A stretch of DNA of 32,000 nt from Nonlabens ponticola (lineage in GTDB: Bacteria; Bacteroidota; Bacteroidia; Flavobacteriales; Flavobacteriaceae), in contig NZ_CP034549.1 in assembly GCF_003966335.1 (NCBI RefSeq), positions 180,001 to 212,000 of the forward strand, given 5' to 3'. The translations under genes and the position numbers were made by a program. Shown piece by piece: positions 10,420 to 18,756 of the stretch (positions are counted from its first letter, which is position 1; every line of letters begins with the position of its first letter). The notes under the pieces were generated by a model. The model was given only the letters and a program-made list of their open reading frames with translations. It searched no databases and was not told the origin of the DNA.

Positions 10420-13239
10420 ATGAAACAATTTTTACTTTTTGTTTTAATTCTTTCTGTGTTCACGGGCGCAGCGCAATGCGTTGATCCAGACATCACAGAT
10501 TTTGAATGTGAGAATCCATCACATCCTATCACTGGAGCATTGACCAGCGTGCTCAATCCGTTTCCGCACGATATTAATAGAAGTGAAAACGTAGGTAAGT
10601 ATATAGATAACGGTCAGGCAGGATTTGACGCATTGGTCGTTGATTATGGGTCACCCATTGACTTGTCGGTAAATCCAGTTTTGAAACTTAAATTCTATTC
10701 CACCAATTCAGTTCAGATTTTAGCGAAACTAGAAGGTGGCACGCAACAAGAGCTATTTTCAGACTTCAGTCAGGTAAACACGTGGCAAGAATTTTCTTTT
10801 GATTTTAGCGCCTCGCAAGGAAACGGTAACACACGAGTGGTATTTTTTGTCAATCCTGGAGTTGAAAACGGATCACCTGCAGACGTTTATTATTTGGATG
10901 ACATTCGATTTGACAGCACCGTACTCACGCCTTGTGAAGAACCTTTTATAACCAACTTTGAATGCGCACCATTCTCCAACACTATAAATGGAGCATTGGT
11001 AACTGTAGGCAATTCAGTTTCTGGTGGAACGAATACCAGCCCTAACATAGGTCAATATACTGATGACGGTACACAAGGATTTGATGCTCTTGTGATTGAT
11101 TATGGAGCTCCTATCGATTTATCTGTGAATAGCATTTTTAAGCTCAAATTCTATTCGCCAAGTTCCGTACAAATTTTAGCCAAACTAGAAGGCGGCACGG
11201 TACAGGAAATATTCTCAGACTTCAGTCAAGTAAACACTTGGGAAGAATTCACTTTTGATTTTAGCGCATCTGTTGGTCAAGGTAACACTCGTTTAGTATT
11301 GTTCTTCAACCCATTTGTTGAATCAGGAACACCCAATGATATTTACTTTATCGATGATCTTCAATTTGGAACCCTTGAAAGAACAGTTTATAGCTATAAG
11401 AACGATACCACAGGCTGGACGCCCAACATTCCTAACGATGTAATTGATCCATCAAGTGCCATAGACAACATTGTCATTCAGGCTGGTGCAACGCAAACAA
11501 CAGGTGATTTACTCGCTGCAAATGTGACTGTAGCGTCAGGTGCAATGTTAGATGCTCAAGGGTTGAATGTAACTTCTACTTTAGATAGTCAAGGTGTGAC
11601 TAATGTTTTTGGAACGCTAACACCCAACGCTTCACAGATTACTTCAAATGGTACGCTGACCTTAAAAAGTGATGAGAATGGAACTGCAACGGTAGCTGAT
11701 GCTACCAATGCAACTTTTAACGGCGCGATAGCAGTTGAGCGATACATTCCAGCTTCCAACAGATCTTACAGATTGGTTTCTACCGCTGTTGAAAACGCTG
11801 GGCCTATCAGTTCAAATTGGCAATTGAATACGCACATTACAGGAAATGGTGGTGCTAGCAATGGTTTTGATGAAACAGGAACTAACAATCCATCCATGTT
11901 TACCGTCAACGAGCAAGCTGCACCAGCAAACTATGAAGCTATCACTACCACGGCGACAAATCTAGAACATGGGACAGGATACCTACTGTTTGTACGTGGC
12001 GATCGTTCTGTAGATCTTACAGATAATGAGGCAGCGGCTACAGCAACTACCTTATCAAGTGCAGGAACGTTATTTAGAGGAAATCTAGTACTAGGAAACA
12101 CACAGCTTAACACAGGCGATTTTGAGGCAGGTGGCAATGGATCATCCTTGATTGCCAACCCTTACCAGGCACCAGTCAATATGGAGCAGGTTTTAAATAC
12201 AGCTACAGAAATCAATCAGGAATTCATTCATGTTTATGATCCTACCTTGGGAGATCGCGGTGCTTTTGTAACCGTAGGTTTTGGCGCGGCTACAGATGGT
12301 ACAGATGACATCACCAACTTTTCTCTAGGAGCAAATGCTGGTAATGACGCATCGACTACACAGGCTTCAAGATTCCTACAGCCAGGTAGCGCTGTTTTCA
12401 TCAATACGCTAGATCCTGGAACTGATGGAACTGCAAATCCATCGCTCACATTCAGCGAGGTAGATAAGGCGATCAACAGCCCAGTTTCCATTCCTTTTGA
12501 GACGCCAGATGCTGTAGATGTCAATTCAAGTAATGCATTAGTGAGCATCAATCTCTTTGACACAGCAGCTTTTGCAAACAACGAGAGTCCTAGAGATGCA
12601 CTTGTTGTGAGATTTTCAGACCAGTATAGCAATGCCCTTGAGACAACAGATGCATTGAAAGCCACCAATCTTGATGAAAACATGGCCAGTATGGCAGATG
12701 GCCAACTCTTTAGTATTCAAAGTCGAGCGTTGCCTGTCGATGAGGAAATCATTGATTTGTCCATGACCAATTATACGATGACTGACTATACCATGAAAAT
12801 CAGCATCAATGGACTGGATGATGTCAATGCCTATCTGGTTGACAACTTTACGAACACCTCAACGCTTCTTGAGAACGACTCGGTTACCCTTGTAGAGTTC
12901 TCTGTGGACTCTTCAAATGACTCTAGTAGCAGTGAGGATCGTTTTGATTTAGCTTTCGCGAAAAGCACACTATCAAACACAGATGATCAAGCGACCAGCT
13001 TTAAACTATTCCCTAATCCTGTTAACAATGGGGTTGTTAATGTTGAACTGAGCCAGGTTACTGCTGGTCCAGCGCAGGTACACATTTACAACTCGTTAGG
13101 TCAAAATGTACAAGAAATCAAGCTAGCCGAAATAGCTGGTGTACAAACTCTAGATGTATCTAACCTAAGTCAAGGAATATACATCATGGAGATTATCCAA
13201 GACGGTACATCGACCTCGCAAAAAGTGATCATTCAATAA
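10420..13239 (+). CDS. T9SS-secreted protein: two N-terminal copies of an unassigned ~146-aa Cys-capped module, a ~540-aa Thr/Asn/Ala-rich region and a C-terminal T9SS sorting domain
   Basis: Signal peptide. Modules at nt 10477-10914 and 10933-11370. T9SS CTD at nt 13000-13236 (FKLFPNPVNNGVVNVEL...GIYIMEIIQDGTSTSQKVIIQ). Starts 6 bp after the GH3 stop. Confidence 0.8.
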   Translation: MKQFLLFVLILSVFTGAAQCVDPDITDFECENPSHPITGALTSVLNPFPHDINRSENVGKYIDNGQAGFDALVVDYGSPIDLSVNPVLKLKFYSTNSVQILAKLEGGTQQELFSDFSQVNTWQEFSFDFSASQGNGNTRVVFFVNPGVENGSPADVYYLDDIRFDSTVLTPCEEPFITNFECAPFSNTINGALVTVGNSVSGGTNTSPNIGQYTDDGTQGFDALVIDYGAPIDLSVNSIFKLKFYSPSSVQILAKLEGGTVQEIFSDFSQVNTWEEFTFDFSASVGQGNTRLVLFFNPFVESGTPNDIYFIDDLQFGTLERTVYSYKNDTTGWTPNIPNDVIDPSSAIDNIVIQAGATQTTGDLLAANVTVASGAMLDAQGLNVTSTLDSQGVTNVFGTLTPNASQITSNGTLTLKSDENGTATVADATNATFNGAIAVERYIPASNRSYRLVSTAVENAGPISSNWQLNTHITGNGGASNGFDETGTNNPSMFTVNEQAAPANYEAITTTATNLEHGTGYLLFVRGDRSVDLTDNEAAATATTLSSAGTLFRGNLVLGNTQLNTGDFEAGGNGSSLIANPYQAPVNMEQVLNTATEINQEFIHVYDPTLGDRGAFVTVGFGAATDGTDDITNFSLGANAGNDASTTQASRFLQPGSAVFINTLDPGTDGTANPSLTFSEVDKAINSPVSIPFETPDAVDVNSSNALVSINLFDTAAFANNESPRDALVVRFSDQYSNALETTDALKATNLDENMASMADGQLFSIQSRALPVDEEIIDLSMTNYTMTDYTMKISINGLDDVNAYLVDNFTNTSTLLENDSVTLVEFSVDSSNDSSSSEDRFDLAFAKSTLSNTDDQATSFKLFPNPVNNGVVNVELSQVTAGPAQVHIYNSLGQNVQEIKLAEIAGVQTLDVSNLSQGIYIMEIIQDGTSTSQKVIIQ
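12952..12966. repeat. Imperfect copy of the iterated palindrome (GCTTTCGCGAAAAGC, one extra A)
   Basis: Read directly. Lies inside CDS 10420-13239 and encodes AFAKS. Confidence 0.5.
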
Positions 13240-13256
13240 TCAAAAAACTGAACAAC

Positions 13257-13469
13257 ATGAATAGCAATAAATATTTACAACGATTTGTACTGGTGGCGGT
13301 AATCCTGTTCACCATGACCTTGATTGATGGTGATCTATATGCTCAAATAGGCGTACCAGAAGATGGTGATGTTGAAGACGTGGAAATGGCACCAATAGAT
13401 AGTCTGATATGGATTGCCATGGGCGCTGGAGCATTCATAGGCTACAAAAAACTCAAAAAAGATAACTGA
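13257..13469 (+). CDS. Hypothetical 70-aa mini-protein: N-terminal signal/TM, acidic linker, C-terminal TM helix plus basic tail
   Basis: ORF only. FVLVAVILFTMTLI...LYAQ, then VPEDGDVEDVEMAPID, then SLIWIAMGAGAFIGY-KKLKKDN. Fills the gap between two module genes (17 bp and 62 bp spacers). Coding status is unproven. Confidence 0.45.
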   Translation: MNSNKYLQRFVLVAVILFTMTLIDGDLYAQIGVPEDGDVEDVEMAPIDSLIWIAMGAGAFIGYKKLKKDN

Positions 13470-13531
13470 TTGCTAGCAGTATACAACTCAAGCAACCCCA
13501 AAACACAAACGATTACCTAAATCTACATATC

Positions 13532-14746
13532 ATGAAAAAAATTCTACTCTTATCCTTATGTGCAATATCCTATTTAGGGTATGGACAATGTAATGAACCA
13601 CTTATCACAGACTTTGAATGTGGTGAACCATCTAATCCTATCACGGGTGCGCTGGTTACCGTGGCAAATCCATTTCCTGGTGGCATCAACACCAGTGAAA
13701 ACGTGGGTGAATACACAGATGATGGAACACAAGGTTTTGACAACTTTAGTATTGAATACGGCGAGCCTATTGATCTATCGACAAACAGTGTCTTAACGCT
13801 TAAGCTCTACTCGCCTACTTCGGTTCAAATACTGGCAAAGCTTGAAGGTGGTGGTGGACCAGAAATCTTTTCTGACTTCAGTCAAGTCAACGAGTGGCAG
13901 GAATTCTCTTTTGACTTCAGCGCTTTTGCAGATGGCGGCAACACAAGAGTTGTGGTTTTTGTAAACCCAGCAGTTTCCAGTGGAACAACAACTGACATCT
14001 ATTATGTGGATGATATAGGTTTTGAAGAACCAGAAGAAGAAGCAGTGCCATGTGAAGGTCCTGTGATTACAGATTTTGAATGCTCTGCACCATCGCAGCC
14101 TATTACAGGTGCAATTGTGACTGTTGAGAATCCATTCCAAGAAGGAATCAACACCAGTGAAAACGTAGGACGATACACTGATGATGGAACCAATGGTTTT
14201 GACGCACTAGTCGTAGATTATGGGACAGAAATTGACTTATCTACAAATCCTATTTTCAGTGTGAAGCTTTACTCAACCAGTTCCGTTCAAATTCTTGCAA
14301 AACTTGAAGGTGGAACAGCGCAGGAAATCTACTCTGATTTCAGTGAGGTAAACCAGTGGCAGGAGTTCACATTTGACTTCTCAGATTCACAAGGTAATGG
14401 AAATACACGCCTAGCTTTATTTGTCAATCCAGCGGTAACTGATGGTACAACTACAGATGTTTACTTTCTAGACGATTTGAGTTTTGAGAGCGCTACTGCT
14501 TCCATCGATGAAAATTTCTTGAACAGCATCAAACTATATCCTAACCCAGCTGCTGACATCCTGAATATTTCTTCAGTTGACACTATAGAAAGCTATCAGA
14601 TACTAGACGTTTCAGGTAAGACCATCATGAGCAAAAATGAGAATATCTCTGCTGCGATTGATGTGAATAATCTGACTACAGGTATCTATTTTATCAGACT
14701 TAATTCATCGTCTTCTAAAGCGGTAATCAAGTTTGTAAAACAATAA
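13532..14746 (+). CDS. T9SS-secreted protein made of two copies of the Cys-capped module plus a T9SS C-terminal sorting domain
   Basis: Signal peptide. Modules at nt 13589-14026 and 14051-14488. CTD at about nt 14519-14743 (IKLYPNPAADILNISS...GIYFIRLNSSSSKAVIKFVKQ). Confidence 0.85.
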   Translation: MKKILLLSLCAISYLGYGQCNEPLITDFECGEPSNPITGALVTVANPFPGGINTSENVGEYTDDGTQGFDNFSIEYGEPIDLSTNSVLTLKLYSPTSVQILAKLEGGGGPEIFSDFSQVNEWQEFSFDFSAFADGGNTRVVVFVNPAVSSGTTTDIYYVDDIGFEEPEEEAVPCEGPVITDFECSAPSQPITGAIVTVENPFQEGINTSENVGRYTDDGTNGFDALVVDYGTEIDLSTNPIFSVKLYSTSSVQILAKLEGGTAQEIYSDFSEVNQWQEFTFDFSDSQGNGNTRLALFVNPAVTDGTTTDVYFLDDLSFESATASIDENFLNSIKLYPNPAADILNISSVDTIESYQILDVSGKTIMSKNENISAAIDVNNLTTGIYFIRLNSSSSKAVIKFVKQ

Positions 14747-14764
14747 TGATTAAATAAATTGAAG

Positions 14765-16792
14765 ATGAAAACTCCGTTATTCAAATATTCTCTGCTGGTT
14801 CTAGTAGTAACCTTACTGCATTCTTGTGAACGGGAATTAGAGAGATATGAATTGTTGACTTTTGAAAGATGTGAAACTGAAGATGTTGTTCCAGACCCGT
14901 TTGTGGTAACAGATTTTGAGTGTCAATCAAATGTCAATATCAATGGAGTTGAAGTCATCAGAAATCCCAGTGAGACTGGCGATAACCTATCAAGATTTGT
15001 AGGAGAGTATACCGATGGTGCCAGCGCCACAGATGCACTGGTTATCGAGTTTGACGATGACCTGGATTTATCTACCAACGCTACACTCTCGTTTGCCGTA
15101 AAAACAGATGTTACAGGAACGCTAGAAATTCAATTATTGGGCGATCCAGATGGAACGGTTTCTTATGAAGTCATCATCGCAGGTAACGAGCGCTGGATTG
15201 AGTATGAAGTAGACCTAGTTGATGATCGTGATAAAAGCTTTGATCAAATCAATTTTGTCTTCAATAGCGGTATTGAAAACAACGGTAATGATATTTACTT
15301 GATCGATAATATCAAATTTGAACTTACTATCGATCCTTGCGAGGATGTGGTGGCAGATCTATCCATCATCAGCGATTTTGAATGTCAACAGAATTACTTT
15401 TTGGGCGCAGACCCAGAACAAACCAGTGTTGAACCAGTCGACAATCCCTTTATTGGTGGTATCAATCAAAGCAGTGATGTAGGTAGATACGTGGACAACG
15501 GTACCGAGGCTTTTGACAACTTGCAAATCAATTTTGACGACGCGATTGATCTATCAGAAAAACCATTGTTTACCATGAAGGTTTATGCGCCTACCCCAGG
15601 AATACTTACAGTAAAACTGGAAGGCGGTTCAGAAGCTGTGGAGCAATCAGCAACGGTTACTACCGCAAATCAATGGGTAGAATACTCATTCAATTTTGCA
15701 GATGCCGTCGACAATGACAACGACACCATGATCATCTTCTTCAATGCAGGCAGCATGGATGGAAATGAGGCTGAAGTCTACTTCATCGACGACCTACAAT
15801 TTGAAGAATTTGTAGATCCATGTGAGAGCGTTGACGAGGATCTATCCATCATTTCAGATTTTGAATGCCAGCAGAATTATACCTTGGGTGTGAATCCTGC
15901 CTTGATCAGCACCATTGAAAACTTTGATCCTGACGACGTGAACATGAGTGATCTTATAGGTCAATATTCAGACGATGGCACACAAGGCTTTGATAATTTA
16001 CTCATTGACTTTGAGGACGACATCGACCTGTCAGAGCGTCCCGTGTTTTCCATTAAGGTTTATTCTACACAACAGGCGCCACTCGTGGCCAAAGTAGAAG
16101 GTGGCGACACACCTCTAGAAATTGCCAGAGAAATTACGGCTGTGAACGAATGGGTAGAATACACCTTTGACTTCTCGCCTGTGGCAGATCAAGGTAATGA
16201 CCAGCTGATCCTTTTCTTCAACTTCGGTCAGGAAGATGGTACCACCACAGACCTATATTATATTGATGATCTGCGATTTGTGGAAAATCCATGTGGAGTC
16301 ATTGATGAAGACTGTGAAAATGTCACACCAGACTTGACGATCATCAGCGATTTCAATTGCCAGCAAAACTATCATCTAGGTGCCGTACCTACTGTCGAGG
16401 ATGCGCCAGTCGTGCCTAATCCTGACGTGAGCTGTGAAAACAGAAGTGCCAATGTAGGCCGATACACTGATAATGGTACAGATCCATTTGACAATCTATT
16501 TATAGATCTTGAAGGACCGTTTGATCTTACCAACAACAGCACGCTACGATTAAAGATATTGTCTGATAATCCTGCGCCAGTTCCTGTTCTTGCAAAGCTA
16601 GAAGGTGGCACGCCGCTAGAAGTTTTTGCAGACGTTACGGTCACTGGCGAGTGGACAGAGATCAGCTTTGACTTCAGCGCTGCAATAGGTGCTGGAAACG
16701 ACGCACTTGTCCTATTTGTTAACGCTGGTGAGACCAACACGTCAACCGCAGACATCTACTACCTGGACGACATCAGGTTTGAAGCACCATAA
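14765..16792 (+). CDS. Lipoprotein made of four diverged copies of the Cys-capped module (candidate surface glycan-binding protein)
   Basis: ATG at 14765 (the track starts at TTG 14759). Lipobox LLHSC. Modules at about nt 14870-15322, 15338-15805, 15821-16282 and 16292-16783. No T9SS CTD; the protein ends in YYLDDIRFEAP. Confidence 0.85.
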   Translation: MKTPLFKYSLLVLVVTLLHSCERELERYELLTFERCETEDVVPDPFVVTDFECQSNVNINGVEVIRNPSETGDNLSRFVGEYTDGASATDALVIEFDDDLDLSTNATLSFAVKTDVTGTLEIQLLGDPDGTVSYEVIIAGNERWIEYEVDLVDDRDKSFDQINFVFNSGIENNGNDIYLIDNIKFELTIDPCEDVVADLSIISDFECQQNYFLGADPEQTSVEPVDNPFIGGINQSSDVGRYVDNGTEAFDNLQINFDDAIDLSEKPLFTMKVYAPTPGILTVKLEGGSEAVEQSATVTTANQWVEYSFNFADAVDNDNDTMIIFFNAGSMDGNEAEVYFIDDLQFEEFVDPCESVDEDLSIISDFECQQNYTLGVNPALISTIENFDPDDVNMSDLIGQYSDDGTQGFDNLLIDFEDDIDLSERPVFSIKVYSTQQAPLVAKVEGGDTPLEIAREITAVNEWVEYTFDFSPVADQGNDQLILFFNFGQEDGTTTDLYYIDDLRFVENPCGVIDEDCENVTPDLTIISDFNCQQNYHLGAVPTVEDAPVVPNPDVSCENRSANVGRYTDNGTDPFDNLFIDLEGPFDLTNNSTLRLKILSDNPAPVPVLAKLEGGTPLEVFADVTVTGEWTEISFDFSAAIGAGNDALVLFVNAGETNTSTADIYYLDDIRFEAP

Positions 16793-16800
16793 ATCAATGA

Positions 16801-16837
16801 AAAGTCGCCTAGCAATGCTCTAGGCGACTTTTTTTAT
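16801..16837 (+). terminator. Rho-independent terminator closing the susC-to-16792 operon
   Basis: AAAGTCGCCTAG-caatgct-CTAGGCGACTTT followed by a T-run, 9 bp after the stop codon. Confidence 0.85.
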
Positions 16838-16871
16838 CCAGTCATTAAATTGAAGGAAGGTGGTTATGATT

Positions 16872-16889
16872 ACGCTTTCGCGAAAGCGT
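16872..16889. repeat. Iterated palindrome, 18-bp perfect copy (ACGCTTTCGCGAAAGCGT)
   Basis: Read directly. Intergenic, between the PUL terminator and the GH13 start. Confidence 0.9.
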
Positions 16890-16958
16890 GATTACCACAT
16901 ACCACCTTACATATTGATTAATTTAGTATCTTTTAATTCAATACCAAATAACATTAAA

Positions 16959-18341
16959 ATGAATAAAGTAAGCCGTTGGGCAGCACTTGTTGTGGTTACT
17001 TTTTTGTGCGCATGCCAATCAAGTGATGAAGGAGTGGATGATGACTCCAGCATTCCTGTGGATCCTATTGACGATACAGCATACTCGCAATACGGCACTC
17101 CGTTTGGTCAAATTCCCGATACGGAGGACGTAGTAATGTATGAAGCTAATTTGAGAGCTATGAGTGCTGGTGGCGATTTACGTGGTGTTATCAATCGATT
17201 GGATCATATTGAGGACCTGGGTATCAATGTGATATGGCTCATGCCCATCCATCCACAGGGACAAGAAAGATCTGTCGGGTCGCCTTATGCCATAAGGGAT
17301 TATAAAGAAGTAAGCAATGAGTATGGAGATCTAGAAGATTTAAGGGAATTAACTGATGCTGCTCACTCTCTTGGGATAGCCGTAATTATGGACTGGGTCG
17401 CCAATCATACAGCTTGGGACAACGAGTGGATCGAGAATAAGGACTGGTACACTCAAGATGCAGCTGGTAACATAGTCATTCCATCTGGTACCAATTGGCA
17501 GGACGTGGCAGACTTGAATTTTGACAATCAGGAAATGAGGTCAGCGATGATAGATGCTATGAAATACTGGATCCTAGAAGCAAATATCGATGGCTATCGC
17601 TGCGACTATGCAGATGGCGTCCCAGCAGACTTCTGGGAAGATGCATGGGATGAGCTTGATGCGATTCCTAATAGAAAACTCGTGAAGCTAGCCGAAGGAA
17701 ATCGCGAAGATCATCTACAGTCAGGATTTGATTTAAACTTTGGATTTGAATTCTACGGTGCCATGATCAATGCATTTGAAGGTCAACCGGCAACCAGTAT
17801 CATGGAGAAAAGTGAAGAAGAATATGCTACCGTTCCCGATGGCAAACAAGTGTTGCGTTATACTACAAACCATGATGAGTCAGCATTTGCGGCGACGCCT
17901 ATAGAATTTTTTGGTGGTAAACAAGGAGCGCTCGCTGCTTCAACCATCACTATTTTTATGAATGGCGTGCCACTAATATATAGTAGCCAGGAAGTAGGGC
18001 GATCATCCAACGTGCCATTTTTCTCAAATTCTAGGATCGACTTTGATGCTAATCCAGATATGCTGGAATCTTACCAAAAAATGATTGCGTTTTACAACAG
18101 CTCTGCAAGTGCGAGAAAAGGAAGTACACAAGATTTCTCAAATGATGATGTTGTAAGTTTTAGAAAAACACTCAACAATGACGACGTATTAATAATAGCA
18201 AACATAAGAAACCGTGAAGTCTCATATGCTATACCTTCTAGCTTACAAAATACTGAGTGGAGTAACATCACTACCTCTAATACGGTGAGCCTGACTGGGT
18301 CCATCGATCTACAGCCGTATGAGTTTCTAATACTTGATTAA
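16959..18341 (+). CDS. GH13 alpha-amylase-family lipoprotein
   Basis: ATG 16959 gives MNKVSRWAALVVVTFLCACQ (lipobox). GH13 conserved regions: VIMDWVANHT, GYRCDYADG, KLAEG, YTTNHDE. The ORF-track start at GTG 16860 is a spurious upstream extension that runs through the palindrome. Confidence 0.88.
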   Translation: MNKVSRWAALVVVTFLCACQSSDEGVDDDSSIPVDPIDDTAYSQYGTPFGQIPDTEDVVMYEANLRAMSAGGDLRGVINRLDHIEDLGINVIWLMPIHPQGQERSVGSPYAIRDYKEVSNEYGDLEDLRELTDAAHSLGIAVIMDWVANHTAWDNEWIENKDWYTQDAAGNIVIPSGTNWQDVADLNFDNQEMRSAMIDAMKYWILEANIDGYRCDYADGVPADFWEDAWDELDAIPNRKLVKLAEGNREDHLQSGFDLNFGFEFYGAMINAFEGQPATSIMEKSEEEYATVPDGKQVLRYTTNHDESAFAATPIEFFGGKQGALAASTITIFMNGVPLIYSSQEVGRSSNVPFFSNSRIDFDANPDMLESYQKMIAFYNSSASARKGSTQDFSNDDVVSFRKTLNNDDVLIIANIRNREVSYAIPSSLQNTEWSNITTSNTVSLTGSIDLQPYEFLILD

Positions 18342-18362
18342 GTACTGTTATGATTTAATAAA

Positions 18363-18388
18363 AAAGCCTCTTCAATTGAAGAGGCTTT
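18363..18388. terminator. Hairpin terminator, copy A, flanked by an A-run and a T-run (bidirectional)
   Basis: AAAGCCTCTTC-aatt-GAAGAGGCTTT, 22 bp after the GH13 stop. Near-identical to the hairpin at 18728-18755. Confidence 0.7.
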
Positions 18389-18460
18389 GTGTGGATGACA
18401 GGAACCTGCCTGTCGTGCCTCTGGCAAGCAGGTCGAACATGCACACCTTGCGGCACTAGA
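18389..18460 (-). pseudogene. Degenerate duplicate of the 3' half of tRNA-Leu (anticodon-stem 3' strand to acceptor end) carrying a 28-nt insertion in the T-loop
   Basis: Aligns to 18755-18799 with two substitutions (18393, 18439) and an insertion at 18405-18432. There is no 5' half, so it cannot fold as a tRNA. Confidence 0.8.
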
Positions 18461-18710
18461 ACTTTTTATCCCTTAAATTTCTCAGCTGTCGTTTGCCTGT
18501 GCCACTTTTCCAATATTTTTCACGGATCCTAGCGGCTTGTCTCTCTATTCCAACTTTCTCCACCATCAGAACATCATATGGAGCGTAAGGAGCTATGGTT
18601 TTATTATTACCTGAATTGTGTACGGCAATTCTTTTCTCTACCTCACAAGACATACCTACATAGATATAATTTTTTTCTACACTGGAAATAGCATAAACTG
18701 AGTATATCAT
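18456..18710 (-). CDS. Small stand-alone GIY-YIG (URI-domain, COG2827-like) nuclease-family protein
   Basis: 84 aa: IYSVYAI...NYIYVGMSCEVEKRIAVHNSG...REKYWKSGTGKRQL. This shows the GIY/YIG-type strands, the conserved Arg and His-Asn, and a distal Glu. Its stop codon lies inside the tRNA-fragment homology. Confidence 0.8.
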   Translation of the reverse strand: MIYSVYAISSVEKNYIYVGMSCEVEKRIAVHNSGNNKTIAPYAPYDVLMVEKVGIERQAARIREKYWKSGTGKRQLRNLRDKKF

Positions 18711-18727
18711 AATGTAATAATAACAAA

Positions 18728-18755
18728 AAAAGCCTCTTCAAATGAAGAGGCTTTT
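18728..18755 (-). terminator. Rho-independent terminator of tRNA-Leu (hairpin copy B)
   Basis: AAAAGCCTCTTC-aaat-GAAGAGGCTTTT. On the minus strand it is followed by a T7 run, and it starts 2 nt after the tRNA 3' end. Confidence 0.8.
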
Positions 18756-18756
18756 G

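Noticed and set aside
12234-12683. 149-aa ORF antisense inside the T9SS module protein gene. Similar nested antisense or out-of-frame ORFs occur at 657-854, 1090-1356, 2511-2732, 3110-3325, 6377-6679, 8496-8702, 11931-12158, 13793-14140, 16372-16755, 19264-19521, 19916-20203, 23378-23608, 25679-25945, 29049-29291 and 30878-31138.
   Set aside because: All lie wholly within longer ORFs that have clear family motifs. Their compositions are low-complexity or Ser/Ala/Cys-rich, as is typical of antisense frames, and none shows a recognisable motif.
2307-16792. Calling the locus a laminarin PUL
   Set aside because: No GH16, GH17 or GH30 motifs are seen in any ORF of the window. Only the GH144-like and GH3 (plus GH13) genes are present, so the substrate is left open.
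16860-16958. GTG-initiated upstream extension of the GH13 ORF
   Set aside because: It runs through the intergenic palindrome and lacks a signal peptide. ATG 16959 yields a canonical lipoprotein signal.
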